DNA of 63,765 bases, filler included, from Reticulomyxa filosa (taxonomy: Eukaryota > Protista > Foraminifera): NCBI GenBank assembly GCA_000512085.1. It is 14 parts of 14 records of this genome, joined end to end, with 100 filler letters (N's around TTAATTAATTAA, not from the genome) between each part and the next. Parts side by side here need not be neighbours in the genome. Positions count along the whole stretch, not along the records: positions 50,492 to 53,322 come from ASPP01033701.1; positions 53,423 to 54,870 come from ASPP01027661.1; positions 54,971 to 56,317 come from ASPP01027955.1; positions 56,418 to 60,426 come from ASPP01024873.1; positions 60,527 to 61,675 come from ASPP01012715.1; positions 61,776 to 63,765 come from ASPP01028519.1; 8 more parts are not named here. One strand, 5' to 3'. Under the pieces are notes generated by a model. The model searched no databases, had not been told where the DNA came from, and saw only the letters and a program-made list of their open reading frames with translations. Both the position numbers and the translations under genes were made by a program. Positions 51,754 to 63,765 of this stretch are shown here, piece after piece (positions within the stretch are counted from its first letter, which is position 1; the number at the start of each line of letters is the position of its first letter).

Positions 51754-53322
51754 TTAAACATTCACAGCGACGTTGGTAACTTCTACAACAAATACATCGC
51801 AAGTCGCTTGAGAAGCAATAATACACACAAAAAAAAAGAACATGTTTGTTGCTGTGTTATACTGGCCACAGCACATGCAGACTTTTTGAAAACTAAACAA
51901 AGATTCAATCATTTCAATTGCAACAGCATCATATGCAGCAATTCCACCAATTACACCTGGGGAATTAACCAAGAGCGCTTCTGTAACTACCGGGATCTGT
52001 GTCGGATAAAGAGTAGGTGAGGTACTTGGTTGAGCTGTTTTTTATTATTATTATTTTTTCTTAATGTATGTATTGTATATATAATTGCTTTATTTAAATA
52101 TAATAATAATTATTATTATCATTTATTGTTTGTTATTTATTATTTATTGATTATAAATTTTTTTTTACAAACCTGTTAAAAATGAAGCCAAAGTGATAAT
52201 ACTATACTCTGGCAAGGATCTATCATTGTCGCATTGTCCGCCCAAGGAGAATAACACTCGAAAGAATTAGCAATGGCACTCAGAGTTTGGTCGAAGTCGA
52301 GATTGCTCTGTTTGGTCTGCTGGGCCAGAGACTAGTCTCCGAACTGACGAGATCAAAGGAAAAGGCAAAGGCACATATGCGATCGACCCAAACCTGTTCA
52401 GTGGATTTGAAGTTGAATGCCTCGGTGCTGTTGTACGTGATATTGCTGATTTTCGTCGTGTTCAGCCCATCTTGCAATAGCAAACGCTGATGTATAATAC
52501 CACACAGCAAAGGCCCTTCATCAAATGCACATGGGCGATTGCATTCGCAAAATGCCTTCGAAAAAACAAGTCTTTAATTTTTTTGTTAAACAAATACATT
52601 CATTTATATTTATTAATTTCCAAAATATAACTTTTTTTTTTTTTAAAGTGACAAACAGATTATCTTACGTGTGAAAATGTGGTTTATTGCATCCTGAATT
52701 GGGAGGATGATATAGGTCTGGAGGGTTGATTGGAACTCCCAACATTGTCTTTGGAAAAGATATTCCATGAAAGGACTTTGACACATAGACCATGAGATCC
52801 CAGTTATTGTCGTTGAACATTCGAATGCAGTTGCTGGCCATGAATTGGTAGCGGAATCTCGATTCGAAGTACCAGAGATTAGCTGTGCTGGACAGAGCGG
52901 CGCACTTGAAATAGCCTCTAATGTCAGCACCTTTAGCTTTTGTAATCTGCATAGACGGAGATGGTCACAGATATGATAACAAAGCCAATCACATACGTGA
53001 TAGACCATGTGAAAGTGGCTTTGAATACGTCGACAGGACAGCGGATGAACAAGTCATGGATCTCAAAGTTGTCCAACTTGTTAACATCACTTTCTTCTTC
53101 TTCTGGGAGTAAATGGTATTGAATAGTACTACATTGCATTTGCAACTTCCATGAGCATGGAATACCTCCTTGCCAATTGATGGCAACTGTGACTGTGGTG
53201 CCGACATTGGGATTTCGAAGCGTCACGTAAGGCAGAACTGTCCTGTCCCCACAGTATGATGAGCCCTTGACTGAATACAACGTGTGAGCCATGGTCAGCA
53301 TAACTATGCTTAGTATTCATGC
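51754..53322 (-). CDS. Unknown multi-exon membrane protein, 5'-partial, with frame breaks
   Basis: Successive minus-strand ORFs with Cys-rich, N-glycosylation-site-rich segments and hydrophobic helices (ITYVIGFVIISVTISVY), separated by AT-rich introns. Confidence 0.4.
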
Positions 53323-56021
53323 NNNNNNNNNNNNNNNNNNNNNNNNNNNNNNNNNNNNNNNNNNNNTTAATTAATTAANNNNNNNNNNNNNNNNNNNNNN
53401 NNNNNNNNNNNNNNNNNNNNNNAAAGCAACTCTCCACGAGAATAAGAGCGAGAAGGAGAAAGATTCAAAAGTGCATCACTTGTTAAAAGAGAACGGATCT
53501 TTTCGAAAAAAGATTGAAAAGTCATTGCGCGTCAAACTCGGTGATATACCCGTTGTCAATAAAAAAAATAAGTCGGTCAATGATGTTGAAGTGTCAAGCA
53601 GCAATTATAGTAACATTTCTACTTTGGAGGTTACCAATAGCAATGGCAAAGATATGCAGTCTTTTCATCTACATATACGATCCATGGCTCATTACAAGAG
53701 TCCGCGGGTGGACACGCTTTTGAAAAACCGGGGTGGCTCCAAGAAAAAAACCAACACGGGAACAGTTCCGGAACCAGACACGTCGGCGAAAAGCACAACT
53801 CCAAATCCAGTGTCAGCGCAGTCGTAGACGACAATCTGGCAGTACTGCAAACGATTTATCCACTCCCCAACAAATTTGAAAAATCTTGCCAATCACACGA
53901 GTTCAAAGAGTCTATGATGTGGTGGAAAGGGAATGACTCAAATCAAACCCAAAGCAATGAATGAAAGCATCACTGCACAAGCATTTCCGACATTTCCAGT
54001 GATTAAATCATATCATTTGTTTTGCGAATATGGAGAGTCTGTAATTGAATGGGCCGGCTGCCTAGCAGCAGTTGCAAAGATATCAAAAAATTGCAATTGG
54101 TGATTTATGCTAAGTGTGAGGATGAAATTGTATTAATTGCTTAATCTAAATTAATTCATTTGGAAAATGGTGCCACGATAATGCATGAAAACAGTTGTGT
54201 TGAAACATTATCCATTTCAATGTGAGCCTAACTGGTCCGATTGGAATGGTCGCGCCAATGTTCAATGTACATACTCTTTTGTTCCAAAGCAATTTGCAGT
54301 GAATCCGATTGTATTATGTCGTACAAAATCACCTCGATACACTTGTGATATTCCTGTTATTGTGCAAATGATTAAGTTGCACATTTTGCAAGATGCACCA
54401 GAATTGGAAGCAATGATCATTTCCAATTCTAAAGAAATGTCGGAGGAAACAAAGAACAAATTGGACGAATTGATGGCAAGTCTAAATAATGGACATTAAT
54501 ATTATTTTGGCTTCCACACTTATCAATTGGACTGCTTTGGAGTCCTATGTAAATTAAGGAATTAATAGTTTAAAAAAAAAATACAATACTTATTATACAT
54601 GTTACAATAAACACAGGAAGAGCCAATCATTAAGTACTACAAGAAATTGCATAGCCACAAAGATCTCTACGCAAGGATGAACATATCAAGTTTTGAAAAA
54701 TGTAAAATCTATATTATAAATATATTTTATAACATTAACTATTTGTTTAATCATCCATTGCCTTCTTTTTTTCTGTTTCATTTATCAGTGGTGTGTTTGT
54801 TTTGTAAAAATTCCATAGTTGGACAAGGCATGATATATACGCAATTGGACGAAGAAAAAGAAAAAGAACANNNNNNNNNNNNNNNNNNNNNNNNNNNNNN
54901 NNNNNNNNNNNNNNTTAATTAATTAANNNNNNNNNNNNNNNNNNNNNNNNNNNNNNNNNNNNNNNNNNNNTGTTCTGGATAGTCAAGGAATTGAAGTATT
55001 CGATTTGAAGTAAGTTTGGTTACAATAAAGTGATAATAAAATACATAAAAACATGACCCTACTAAACAGATTGAATGAAACAACAAAAAAAATTGGTGTC
55101 CTCACTTGACTGTAAAGATATATGTACAATGTCAATCTGAATGTTGCCAATGTTTGGAGATATCACAATAGGCAAGCGTATTTGTTTGAGCCGTGATGAA
55201 AGCACTTTTTTTTCGAATGATGTTAATGTTTTGGGGTATTAGGTTTATACTGATTATTATCTTTCTTTTTCGGCAAATATTGCACTTTGCAAAGGAAAGC
55301 ATTGGCGAAGAAACTCTCAAGAGCGAGTTCCATGTTGTAGAAGTTTGCTTTGCTAGGTTGTTTGAAGAGAAGAGCCGAAAGCACGATTGTAATGTCCAAG
55401 AGAATTTTTTCTAAAAAAAAAGGGAAAACTTTTTCTGTTCAACAGAAAAATCATTACTCAAGAAAAGAATAATGAATCATTCTAAAAAAAACAATTTTAA
55501 TTTTCAATTTTTTGTAATTAATCCTTTTTTTGGAATCACAATCGTAGAAATACAATACAAAAATTTTAATCATTTTTCATAAATTTTTTTGTCAAAAATC
55601 TCAAAATATTCCCAAAAAATTTGTAAATTTGCATCTTTTTTGTAAATATTTATAAGTTATGAATTTATGTTTTAATGAAAAAAAGGTTTTTTTTTTTGTT
55701 GTATCTCTATGTCTCTCGTACCAGTCCACAATTAGTGTGCTAACCGCCATCTTCGCAAAAAAATGGTAGGTCTTTTTTCTTTTTTAAGTTATTTTGCAAC
55801 TTAAAACGTGGTTTGTTTGTTTGTTTTGAACAGTTCGCAAACTCTCAAAAAAATATAAAAAAAGTGTCATTTTTGTTTGGATGCTTGCATCCTTTTGCAA
55901 GAGAAAAATAATAAAATTTGAATATGGGGTAAGGCCCCCGTCTCCGCAAGGAGTAATAATGGTTTGGTCTACATTTATACGTTTTTTTTAAAAATATAAT
56001 TGACTTGATTTGTTTTTTGAT

Positions 56022-56317
56022 TTACAGCCTTAACCCGTCTGTCCCCAAAAAAAAAATGTGTACGTCCAACTCCAAACTCACAACAAAGAAAAATTTCGGG
56101 GTTGAAGCCACCCAGTGGTGCAAAAAAAATGAAAAGGTTTGTTTCTTTTATTTATTTTATTTGTTATTTTTTTTTATCAAATGTTTGTGCGTTTATAAAT
56201 AGGCATGCCCCCATCAATAAAAAATTGTATTTGCCCCCTCCCCATTACAAAAGAAAAAAAAAAAAGAAATAGGTGATTGGAATTTGAGCTTTACGCTCAA
56301 CAGTCAAAGTATGTTTT
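56022..56317 (-). repeat. Dispersed non-coding repeat, copy B
   Basis: Its reverse complement is colinear with 24265-24545. Confidence 0.85.
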
Positions 56318-56417
56318 NNNNNNNNNNNNNNNNNNNNNNNNNNNNNNNNNNNNNNNNNNNNTTAATTAATTAANNNNNNNNNNNNNNNNNNNNNNNNNNN
56401 NNNNNNNNNNNNNNNNN

Positions 56418-57534
56418 ATTATTATCTTGTTGTTTTAATTGTTGACGTAATTTAGTAATAACATCATCTTTTTCTTTATCTTGAATACGAAATTGATCAA
56501 TTTGTGATTGAAATTGATTTGTAAGTAATTGAGATTGTATTTGTAAATCAGTTTGTTTTGCCAAATTCCATTGTTTTTCAAGATTTTGTAATTGTTGATT
56601 CCATTGAGATTGAATCAAATCATTAGAAATTTGTTGTTGTTTTAATAAATCATTAGAAATTTCTTTTGTAATAACTTCTCGTAATGTTTTTGTTAATTCA
56701 TTTTCTAATTGTTGTTTTATTGTTTCATTTTGTGATATTGATTTATTTAATGTATTTAATCTTTCTTCTGATTCTTGTTTTGTTATTATTAATTCTTTTT
56801 CTATTTTATCTATTTTATTTTCTAATTCTCTTAATTTTTCTTGTTTTTCTTTTAATTCTTTTAATCGTATTTCTTTGTCTTGTTCAGATTGTAATAATAA
56901 ATCATTGGCTTCACGATAATCTTCAAGTAATTTTTGATATTCTAATTGAAAACCAGTTGGAGCATAACCTAAAAAGGTAGTTGTATTATCTTTATCTTTA
57001 TCTTTATCATTTATTTTTTTATTTTCTAATGTTGGTTCTTCTGAATCAAATACATAATTATGTCGAATATTTGTAGTGCTTGGAGTATGTGCAACACCAT
57101 GAATAATCACTGATGGTTCAATATCATCATAATGACTATCATCAATTTGATCAATTTGAATGGCTGTAGTTCCACTTAATGCTGCAATTGTATCCATTTT
57201 ATTATGATCTCCACTAATATATAATGATTGTTGGGATATATGTTTTTGCTTCTTTTTTAATTTTTGTCGTTCCGCCAATTGCATTTTCCACCATTCTTCA
57301 TTTACACTGCTATGCTTATTGTGATTTTCCCAAAAATCAATACCTTTTTGTGCCACTTGCGCATCATTTAATACATATTGAGATGGGTGTCTATGTAATA
57401 TTTATTTATATATTTAATATGTTTAATATGTTTAATATGTTTAATATGTGTATATACGCATACTTAACTGTTCATGTTCAAATGTTACAGTACGAAGATT
57501 CTTTTCTTGATTACTCGTTACTTTTTGTTCATTC

Positions 57535-57566
<32 letters not shown>

Positions 57567-58627
57567 TTTAAAAATTAAAATAATTTTTTTAAAAAAATTA
57601 TTTTAACTTGCAGCAAGAGCAACACTAGGATGCAATTGGTGTACCACCGTTTCATTTTGTTTTTGTTTTTGTTTTTGAATCTCTGCCGCTATTTCATTTG
57701 CTGTAAATTTTTTTTTTTTTTTAATTTTGTATTAAATAAAAAAATAAATAAATAAATTTAAATAAAAATTATTATTACCATTTGCTTTTTGTTTGTTCTT
57801 TTCAGTGTTTGTTTCTCTTTCTTCTTCTTCTTCTTCTTCAATAACGGTATTTGGATTTCCACTTCGAACAGCTTCTGCTTGTCTTATAATCGTTTTAATT
57901 GTACCCAATTTAGCTTTTCCTTTCCATTGAAAATATTCCATAGGAGTAATAGAACCACTTTTATCTCTATCAATGGCATCAAAAATTTGATCAACCAAAG
58001 CTTCATCCAATTCGTCTTTGAAATACGCACGTAATTCATGTCTTTCAATTTTTAGATCCTCATTGTCATCAATATCTTTCAAATCTAAGTTTTTTAATTT
58101 ATGCATTAACCATTCTGCGTCTTTTACCACCTCTCTTTGTTTAGTGGTTGCTCTTCGACGTCCTTGGAATTGCACTTGTAAATTTACTACACTCGCTGTT
58201 TCCTTTCCTTCTGACATCACTTTAAATAATGCTTCCGATATTTCGGGCTTTAAGCAATACGAAAAGTGTCTCATAAATTCATCTTTTGTTAATTCTTGTT
58301 GTCCTGAATCACCATGAAGATCTAATACACGAAAATATTCTTGATTCTATTTTTTTTTTTTAAATTTTTAATCATTTATTTATTTATTTTTTTTTTTGTA
58401 ACTGCTAATATCAATGACAACATCTCTTTCTTGAATTCTGCTTCTTTTCCATCGTTATATAATTTCAATGCTTTCTCTTGAAATTCATTCTATTTTTTTT
58501 AAATTTTATTTTTTTCCTTTGTTGTTACACGTGCAGTGACCTCTTTTTAGTTAAACTGTTGCCGGATTTTGCTGAGTTACTGTCGCTTGTCGTTTCAACT
58601 GATATTGTGCCATTTTCTCCCTTTTTC
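56418..58627 (-). CDS. EF-hand + long coiled-coil protein, multi-exon, 3'-partial
   Basis: EF-hand IFDAIDRDKSGSITPMEY and EF-like DDNEDLKIERHEL, plus a downstream Q/E/K-rich coiled-coil ORF at 56418-57356. The first exon is uncertain. Confidence 0.7.
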
Positions 58628-59633
58628 TTAACAAGTGAGAAGTGCCAATAAAAAACACAAATTAAACAAAACAAAGGTACACAAATTTTTTTAAAAAACA
58701 CTCTCCCCTTTTCAGACTAATGCGCCAACTGATTTTTTTTAACATTCGTCGTTTTGATTTGTATTTTTTCACAAGTTTTTGACAATTGTCAACAAAATAT
58801 ATTGCACTAAAACTGATATTATTGTAAGAAAAGTTGCTTGAAGAAGATTTATCTTTCTTGAATGATCGAATAAGCAAATACGAAATCTTTGGTGGTGTTA
58901 ACAAACACCTGCTTTTTTTTTTCTTTTTCTTTTTATTGAAAAAGAAATTTTTGATAGGGGGATTTGGCAATGTAATTAGCTTTTTGCTTGTTTCGTTGTC
59001 CTTTGTTTTGATCCCTTTGGCCAAACCCCCCAAGAAAGCAAAGAAAAAAAACATTTTATTTGTTTTAATGCTATTCATAGCAACATTTATTATCAAAAAC
59101 TGCGATTTCATTGGCTGATTCGAACCAGCGTTTTTCAAAAAAATTTTATCTTTTTTCTTTAATTTTTCCAGTTTTTTATTCAATGAGAATAAAGACTCCA
59201 CCCCAACATTTTTTTTTCTCCACCGTATTCTGCATTTCATCCGTCAAACTAAAAAGCAGACTATTTCTACACAGTTATACTGTTTTACACGTTCGGTCAC
59301 CACAAGTTAAGCAAATTGTGGACCATCAATTTGTGAAAAATCGTGTTTAAAGTTTTTTATTTAAATGTCAATTTTTTTTTTGAAACTTTTTCCAATAAGC
59401 AATGGAATGAAATTAGTTGAAGATGAAGTTGAGTGGACACATCACGATTATTTTATGGATAGTTTGTGAGTACAACTCCGAACGTTGGCCAACACCACGA
59501 AATGGAAGTGACCGAAAAACTCAAAGTTGCAAAAAAAGAAAATACAAAATTTAAAAAGATCAAAGTTTAGAAGCATTTAAATCAAGCAACGGTGCGGATA
59601 GATCTTCTTCACACAAATCCATTGGTCCATGCA

Positions 59634-60426
59634 CTAATTGCGACAGCGGAACCGATTGCACTCAAAGGGTAGCGTCTGCTTGCAGTAGCACAAAAGCAGA
59701 AGAAAGATGTCAAAACACAAACATAGCAGACGCTTGCCAATTTCACCTACAAACAAACACAGCAAACTTAACATGGAGGTGGCCATATTTTTAAATGCGT
59801 AAAAATTGACAAAAGAAAACAGCAGCAAGTAAAGCGAGTTGCCAATTAGCAACGACCAAGCTTTTGAGCGAGCAATTATATCTGCTTTTGTCAGTCGAGG
59901 ATGACTCGACGGTGAATTTAACAATCTGCGTTTTGTTTATTTTTATTTTTTATTATTTAACTTTTTACTGTGTTTGCGCGAGAAAAAAAAAGAAAAAAAA
60001 AGGGGACGACACCGAAAAAAATTAGAAAAGTATTCAAAACTCCTCGTTGTGATTGATGGCCATTGGTATGTACACGGATGTCAAGGCCAATGTGGTACAG
60101 ATGATACACAGAATATGAATCCATGATTCCAGATGGAACAAAGAGTAAGTGTCCGGCTGGAAGTCATAAATTGTGAAAAATAAATCTACACACCAAACAA
60201 ACTAACGTGTCCAGACAGCTTTGGGAAACAACAACAAATTTATTTCTTGATTCGTTTGTTTTGTGACGTGTGCCAACACGTAACGGGCAGGGATAAGCGA
60301 AACACCAAACGCTGGAAATAGATAAGATGTTATATTAGAAACTGTCCATTTCTCTGGCTTATCACGACTTGTGTCATCTCCCAAGCTTTGTGCAGAAGAA
60401 TTTTTTTTTTTTGGCCGACATTTCAA
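59634..60426 (-). CDS. Translocon-associated protein gamma (TRAP-gamma/SSR3)-like, 5'-partial
   Basis: Four-TM pattern: SYLFPAFGVSLIP; WIHILCIICTTLALTSVY; AWSLLIGNSLYLLLFSFVNFYAFKN (compare SSR3 FSIFYNNTLFL..FFILKN). Confidence 0.55.
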
Positions 60427-61137
60427 NNNNNNNNNNNNNNNNNNNNNNNNNNNNNNNNNNNNNNNNNNNNTTAATTAATTAANNNNNNNNNNNNNNNNNN
60501 NNNNNNNNNNNNNNNNNNNNNNNNNNAATTATTATGAAATACAGTATATGAAATAAAGATTTGAATATTCTCAAACTCATCATAGATTCCACGTATATAC
60601 CTTGAACTTTTTTACTACTTTACCGCTGCTGTTGTTTGGCAACTGTAGACAGTATGTTATACATTAAGAAAATCGCCATAAAAAAAGAAATGTAAATGTA
60701 TACTGTCTCCTTGAAATATTAAAAAACGTCATTGTGATATTTTTTTTTTAATAGAGTATATTCGTCGGAAAAATTGTTTACTTGTTGAATTGAAGAGAAT
60801 GAAATGGAAAATTTTTTTTTGAGAAAATTCGAAAATGGTATACTAGTTGAGTTCTGGTTATTATTTTTTTTTACTACTTTGTTTTTCGTTTATGATTAGT
60901 TAGCCAAGTAGCTTCATTAACAGTATTTCATGTTCCATACAAAGTGAATATGTCCAAATTGTAATACGATATTGCCAAAGGAACGTGCAAGAAAAAGCTT
61001 GTGTACTTTGAATGACAGCTTAGAAGACAAAATATAGGACTTTTTTTTTTTTTTTGAGTTACCTTGGAAGCAGATCAGGAAGAACTTCATATTAATAAAT
61101 TCATAAAAAAAAAAACACCAAACAATTACAAAACTTT

Positions 61138-61566
61138 CTAAGGAATAAGAATAATTTTTGACGTGACTTGACGACTTTCAAGTACTTTGTGTGACTTACT
61201 AGCATCTGTCAAGGCAAATTCGGCTCCAATTCTTATTTGCAACTATGTTTGTAAGTACGTATGTGTGCATGTGTGTGACGTGAGCATGAGCATGAATAAA
61301 GTGTTGCAATAATAAAATGACATATGGTAATAATACCTTATCGGCTTCGACCCATCCAAATAACTCTTTAGTTCTTTCCTGCAAGGCCTGTGGAGTAGAA
61401 ACATAGTGAAGCAAGCTGGGTCTCACCAAAGCAACGGAGCCTTGTTTCATCAAATCCAGCGGATCAATCGGAGGTACTTTTCCGGAGGCGTTTCCAAAAT
61501 ATACCACAGTTCCTAGCGGACTAACACATTTCAATGACTTTTCCCAAGTTGCTTTGCCAACACCAT
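61138..61566 (-). CDS. NADPH:quinone oxidoreductase (zeta-crystallin/Qor family), 3' part
   Basis: DGVGKATWEKSLKC..GTVVYFGNASGKVPP..GSVALVRPSL, an intron, then LQIRIGAEFALTDASKSHKVLESRQVTSKIILIP*. Confidence 0.88.
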
Positions 61567-62293
61567 CTTTGATAAGTTATTATTATTATTTTGTTGTTAT
61601 TTGATGGTGTTTTTTTTTTTTTCATTCCCCCTTTTTTTTTTTTTTTTTTTAAATATAAAAAAAAAAAAAAAAAAANNNNNNNNNNNNNNNNNNNNNNNNN
61701 NNNNNNNNNNNNNNNNNNNTTAATTAATTAANNNNNNNNNNNNNNNNNNNNNNNNNNNNNNNNNNNNNNNNNNNNAATACTTTTTGATACAATATTTTTT
61801 ATGCCAAAGTTGAAATTTCATTCAATTATGAGACCTTTTTCACAATTTATAAATGATGAAACAAACAATAATCTTCCTTTGTAAAATATCGATCTGTGCG
61901 TTACAATATTAAAAAATATTACTCAAAGAGTTACAACGTCAAGTTTTAAATTGTTTGCATTGAAAAATTCCTACAGTTTTCTCCTTTTTTTTGAAAACAG
62001 TCAAGGAAGAAAACAAGATTAGTTGCATAAAAACAAATGTGGCAGAAGCAACAATCAAATCTTATTCAGCACATGAAAACAGGCATTTGTTTGAAAAAAT
62101 GTTATCTACTTAAAATCCAGTTCTTTACAAAAAACGTTTTAAATTTTCTTCAGTAATACATAAATTATTTGCATATTTGTAAAAATTTAAAAAATACTTG
62201 GAAAAAAGCAAGTTTTCTCCAACAATAATAGTTCAACGAAAGTGGGTCTAACCCAAAGTTCAAGTTTTTTAAAATTGATAAGAAAAAAAAATC

Positions 62294-63765
62294 ATGATCA
62301 CAGCTCTGAAAAGAACTAGTCTTAGATGTAGAACATTGAACAAGCTGCCAATATGGAACCTTGTTCCTTATGTTCCTATTAGACAACTTCATCAACGCAA
62401 CTCACGTCAAGTCGCGTTGGAGGAACAGCATCAAAAGGTCCGATACATGAAAAAGCTACAAGGACAGCAGGGTGCATTATTGAAAGCACCACCATCTCCT
62501 GAATCACATAATGAACGATCGTTAATTCAAAAAATGAAGTCAGATAAAGAGATTCTTCAATACCTCAAAGAGAGTCCGTTTCAAGATATTGTCATATATG
62601 CTGCAGCTATTAAAAAATGTTCAGAATTGAAGTATCCCAATTCAATCATTCGAATTATCGAAATTGTGCAAAGTAAACATATTCACCCAAGTATCATATT
62701 TTATAACACAGCTTTAAATCATTTGGGAATATGGAATAAATTTGATTTACAAAAACATTATTTTCAACAATGGTTTGAAGAACAAAATCAAACTGGTGAT
62801 CAATTATTGGTTCCTACTACAATTACATTTAATACAATGATCAAAGGGTGTGCAAAGAGAGGAGATTTTAAACAGGCATTATATTACCTCCATTTGATGA
62901 TTGACAAATATAACATACAACCCGATTTGATTACTTGTAATTCATCGTTATCAGTTTGTGCAAATGCACATGATATTCAAAGTGCTGAATTGATTTGGAA
63001 TAAAATGATACATGAATTTAATGTTGATATTAACATAATTTCGATCAATTCAATATTGAATGTATATGCAAAATGTGGAGATACAAATAAGATGATGGAA
63101 ATATTGAATTATTCACAACGACCAGAAAAGTTTATTCCAATCAATGAAATAGCATGCACAACAATTATATCAGGATTTTTGAAAGCGAATAAAGTACAAG
63201 AGATGTTTGATTTTTATGATAATCAAATTCCAAAATTGGCTTTGGACAATAATATTAATTTGCAAGAGAAGTTCTTAATATCGTTGAAAAGTGTAGGACA
63301 TTTGAAGATGATGGAAACATTAGATAAAAATGAAATTGAAAAATTATCATTTCATCATCAAAAAATATTGGATATTTTTGAAAATGAGTTGTATCCTGAC
63401 ACTAAATTTAAACCTACTTCTATTTTATTGGATGACATTGGTATTTTGTTACGAGCATATATATTATTGAATAAGAGATCATGGATGAAAGCAGTGAAAG
63501 ATGTTGAAAGGATATTATTTCAAGAACCAAATTACATTCATCCACTAAATTATTGGGAACAAGACGCTTTAGATAAAAATCAAATATTGTTAAACTTTAA
63601 TTACTTTTCAACCACTACAACATGTTTTATATTACGTTATTTGATGACATTTCAAAGACAAGAATTGAAGATAAAGTTTAAAAATGGTCCGATCAAAATA
63701 GTGTGTGGGAAATCTCAATTCTCAAATAAGCCAAGATTAAGTGGATGGAAGGAAAATTATGAATC
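62294..63765 (+). CDS. Mitochondrion-targeted PPR protein with C-terminal SMR-like domain (3'-partial, absent from ORF track)
   Basis: The frame is open to the window end. It has an Arg-rich, acid-free N-terminus, ~35-aa repeats (PSIIFYNTAL, PTTITFNTMIKGC, PDLITCNSSLSVC, NIISINSILNVYAKCG), and C-terminal LLNFNYF..IKIVCGKSQFS. Confidence 0.85.
   Translation, partial: MITALKRTSLRCRTLNKLPIWNLVPYVPIRQLHQRNSRQVALEEQHQKVRYMKKLQGQQGALLKAPPSPESHNERSLIQKMKSDKEILQYLKESPFQDIVIYAAAIKKCSELKYPNSIIRIIEIVQSKHIHPSIIFYNTALNHLGIWNKFDLQKHYFQQWFEEQNQTGDQLLVPTTITFNTMIKGCAKRGDFKQALYYLHLMIDKYNIQPDLITCNSSLSVCANAHDIQSAELIWNKMIHEFNVDINIISINSILNVYAKCGDTNKMMEILNYSQRPEKFIPINEIACTTIISGFLKANKVQEMFDFYDNQIPKLALDNNINLQEKFLISLKSVGHLKMMETLDKNEIEKLSFHHQKILDIFENELYPDTKFKPTSILLDDIGILLRAYILLNKRSWMKAVKDVERILFQEPNYIHPLNYWEQDALDKNQILLNFNYFSTTTTCFILRYLMTFQRQELKIKFKNGPIKIVCGKSQFSNKPRLSGWKENYE

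Noticed and set aside
53423-54499. Short + strand ORFs as a defined gene
   Set aside because: They are interrupted by stops and have no recognisable domain; probably a decayed family member, but no call can be supported.
57411-57448. (ATATGTTTA)n tandem repeat and (TA)n tracts
   Set aside because: These are ordinary intronic micro/minisatellites.
5710-61775. Regularly recurring TTAATTAATTAA flanked by Ns, considered as a biological repeat
   Set aside because: It is an identical 100-nt synthetic spacer with six-frame stops, an assembly or concatenation device.

Overview
This is AT-rich, intron-containing eukaryotic DNA, not prokaryotic. It consists of 14 short contigs joined by 13 artificial 100-nt linkers (N44-TTAATTAATTAA-N44), so adjacency across a linker is not informative. 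The expanded Kelch-WD40, TRAF/RING-WD40 and PPR families and the many decayed copies resemble my recollection of the foraminiferan Reticulomyxa filosa; this is an inference, not verified by search. Recognisable genes, with exons reconstructed by hand: a paraoxonase-like lactonase, a G-protein beta subunit, Rabconnectin-3/DMXL (Rav1), CSB/ERCC6 (5' part), mitochondrial bL33 (missed by the ORF track), two PH-domain proteins, a stand-alone GNL3/Grn1 N-terminal-domain protein, a SPRY protein, Kelch-WD40 and WD40 proteins, an EF-hand coiled-coil protein, a TRAP-gamma-like protein, a quinone oxidoreductase (3' part) and a mitochondrion-targeted PPR-SMR protein. There are also pseudogenes (p23-like, glutaredoxin, CAP-Gly, TRAF-WD40) and a Tc1 transposase remnant. 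The best leads are: (1) a ~35-aa helical box shared by four genes and fused to Kelch, WD40 or SPRY modules, a candidate lineage-specific E3-adaptor system; (2) introns with A-rich acceptors and degenerate donors; (3) a ~290-bp dispersed non-coding element with conserved GC blocks; (4) a 135-nt foldback; (5) a phased array of TTGACTAGTCAA palindromes; (6) recurrent 1-nt frame breaks at homopolymers, most likely sequencing errors but testable.
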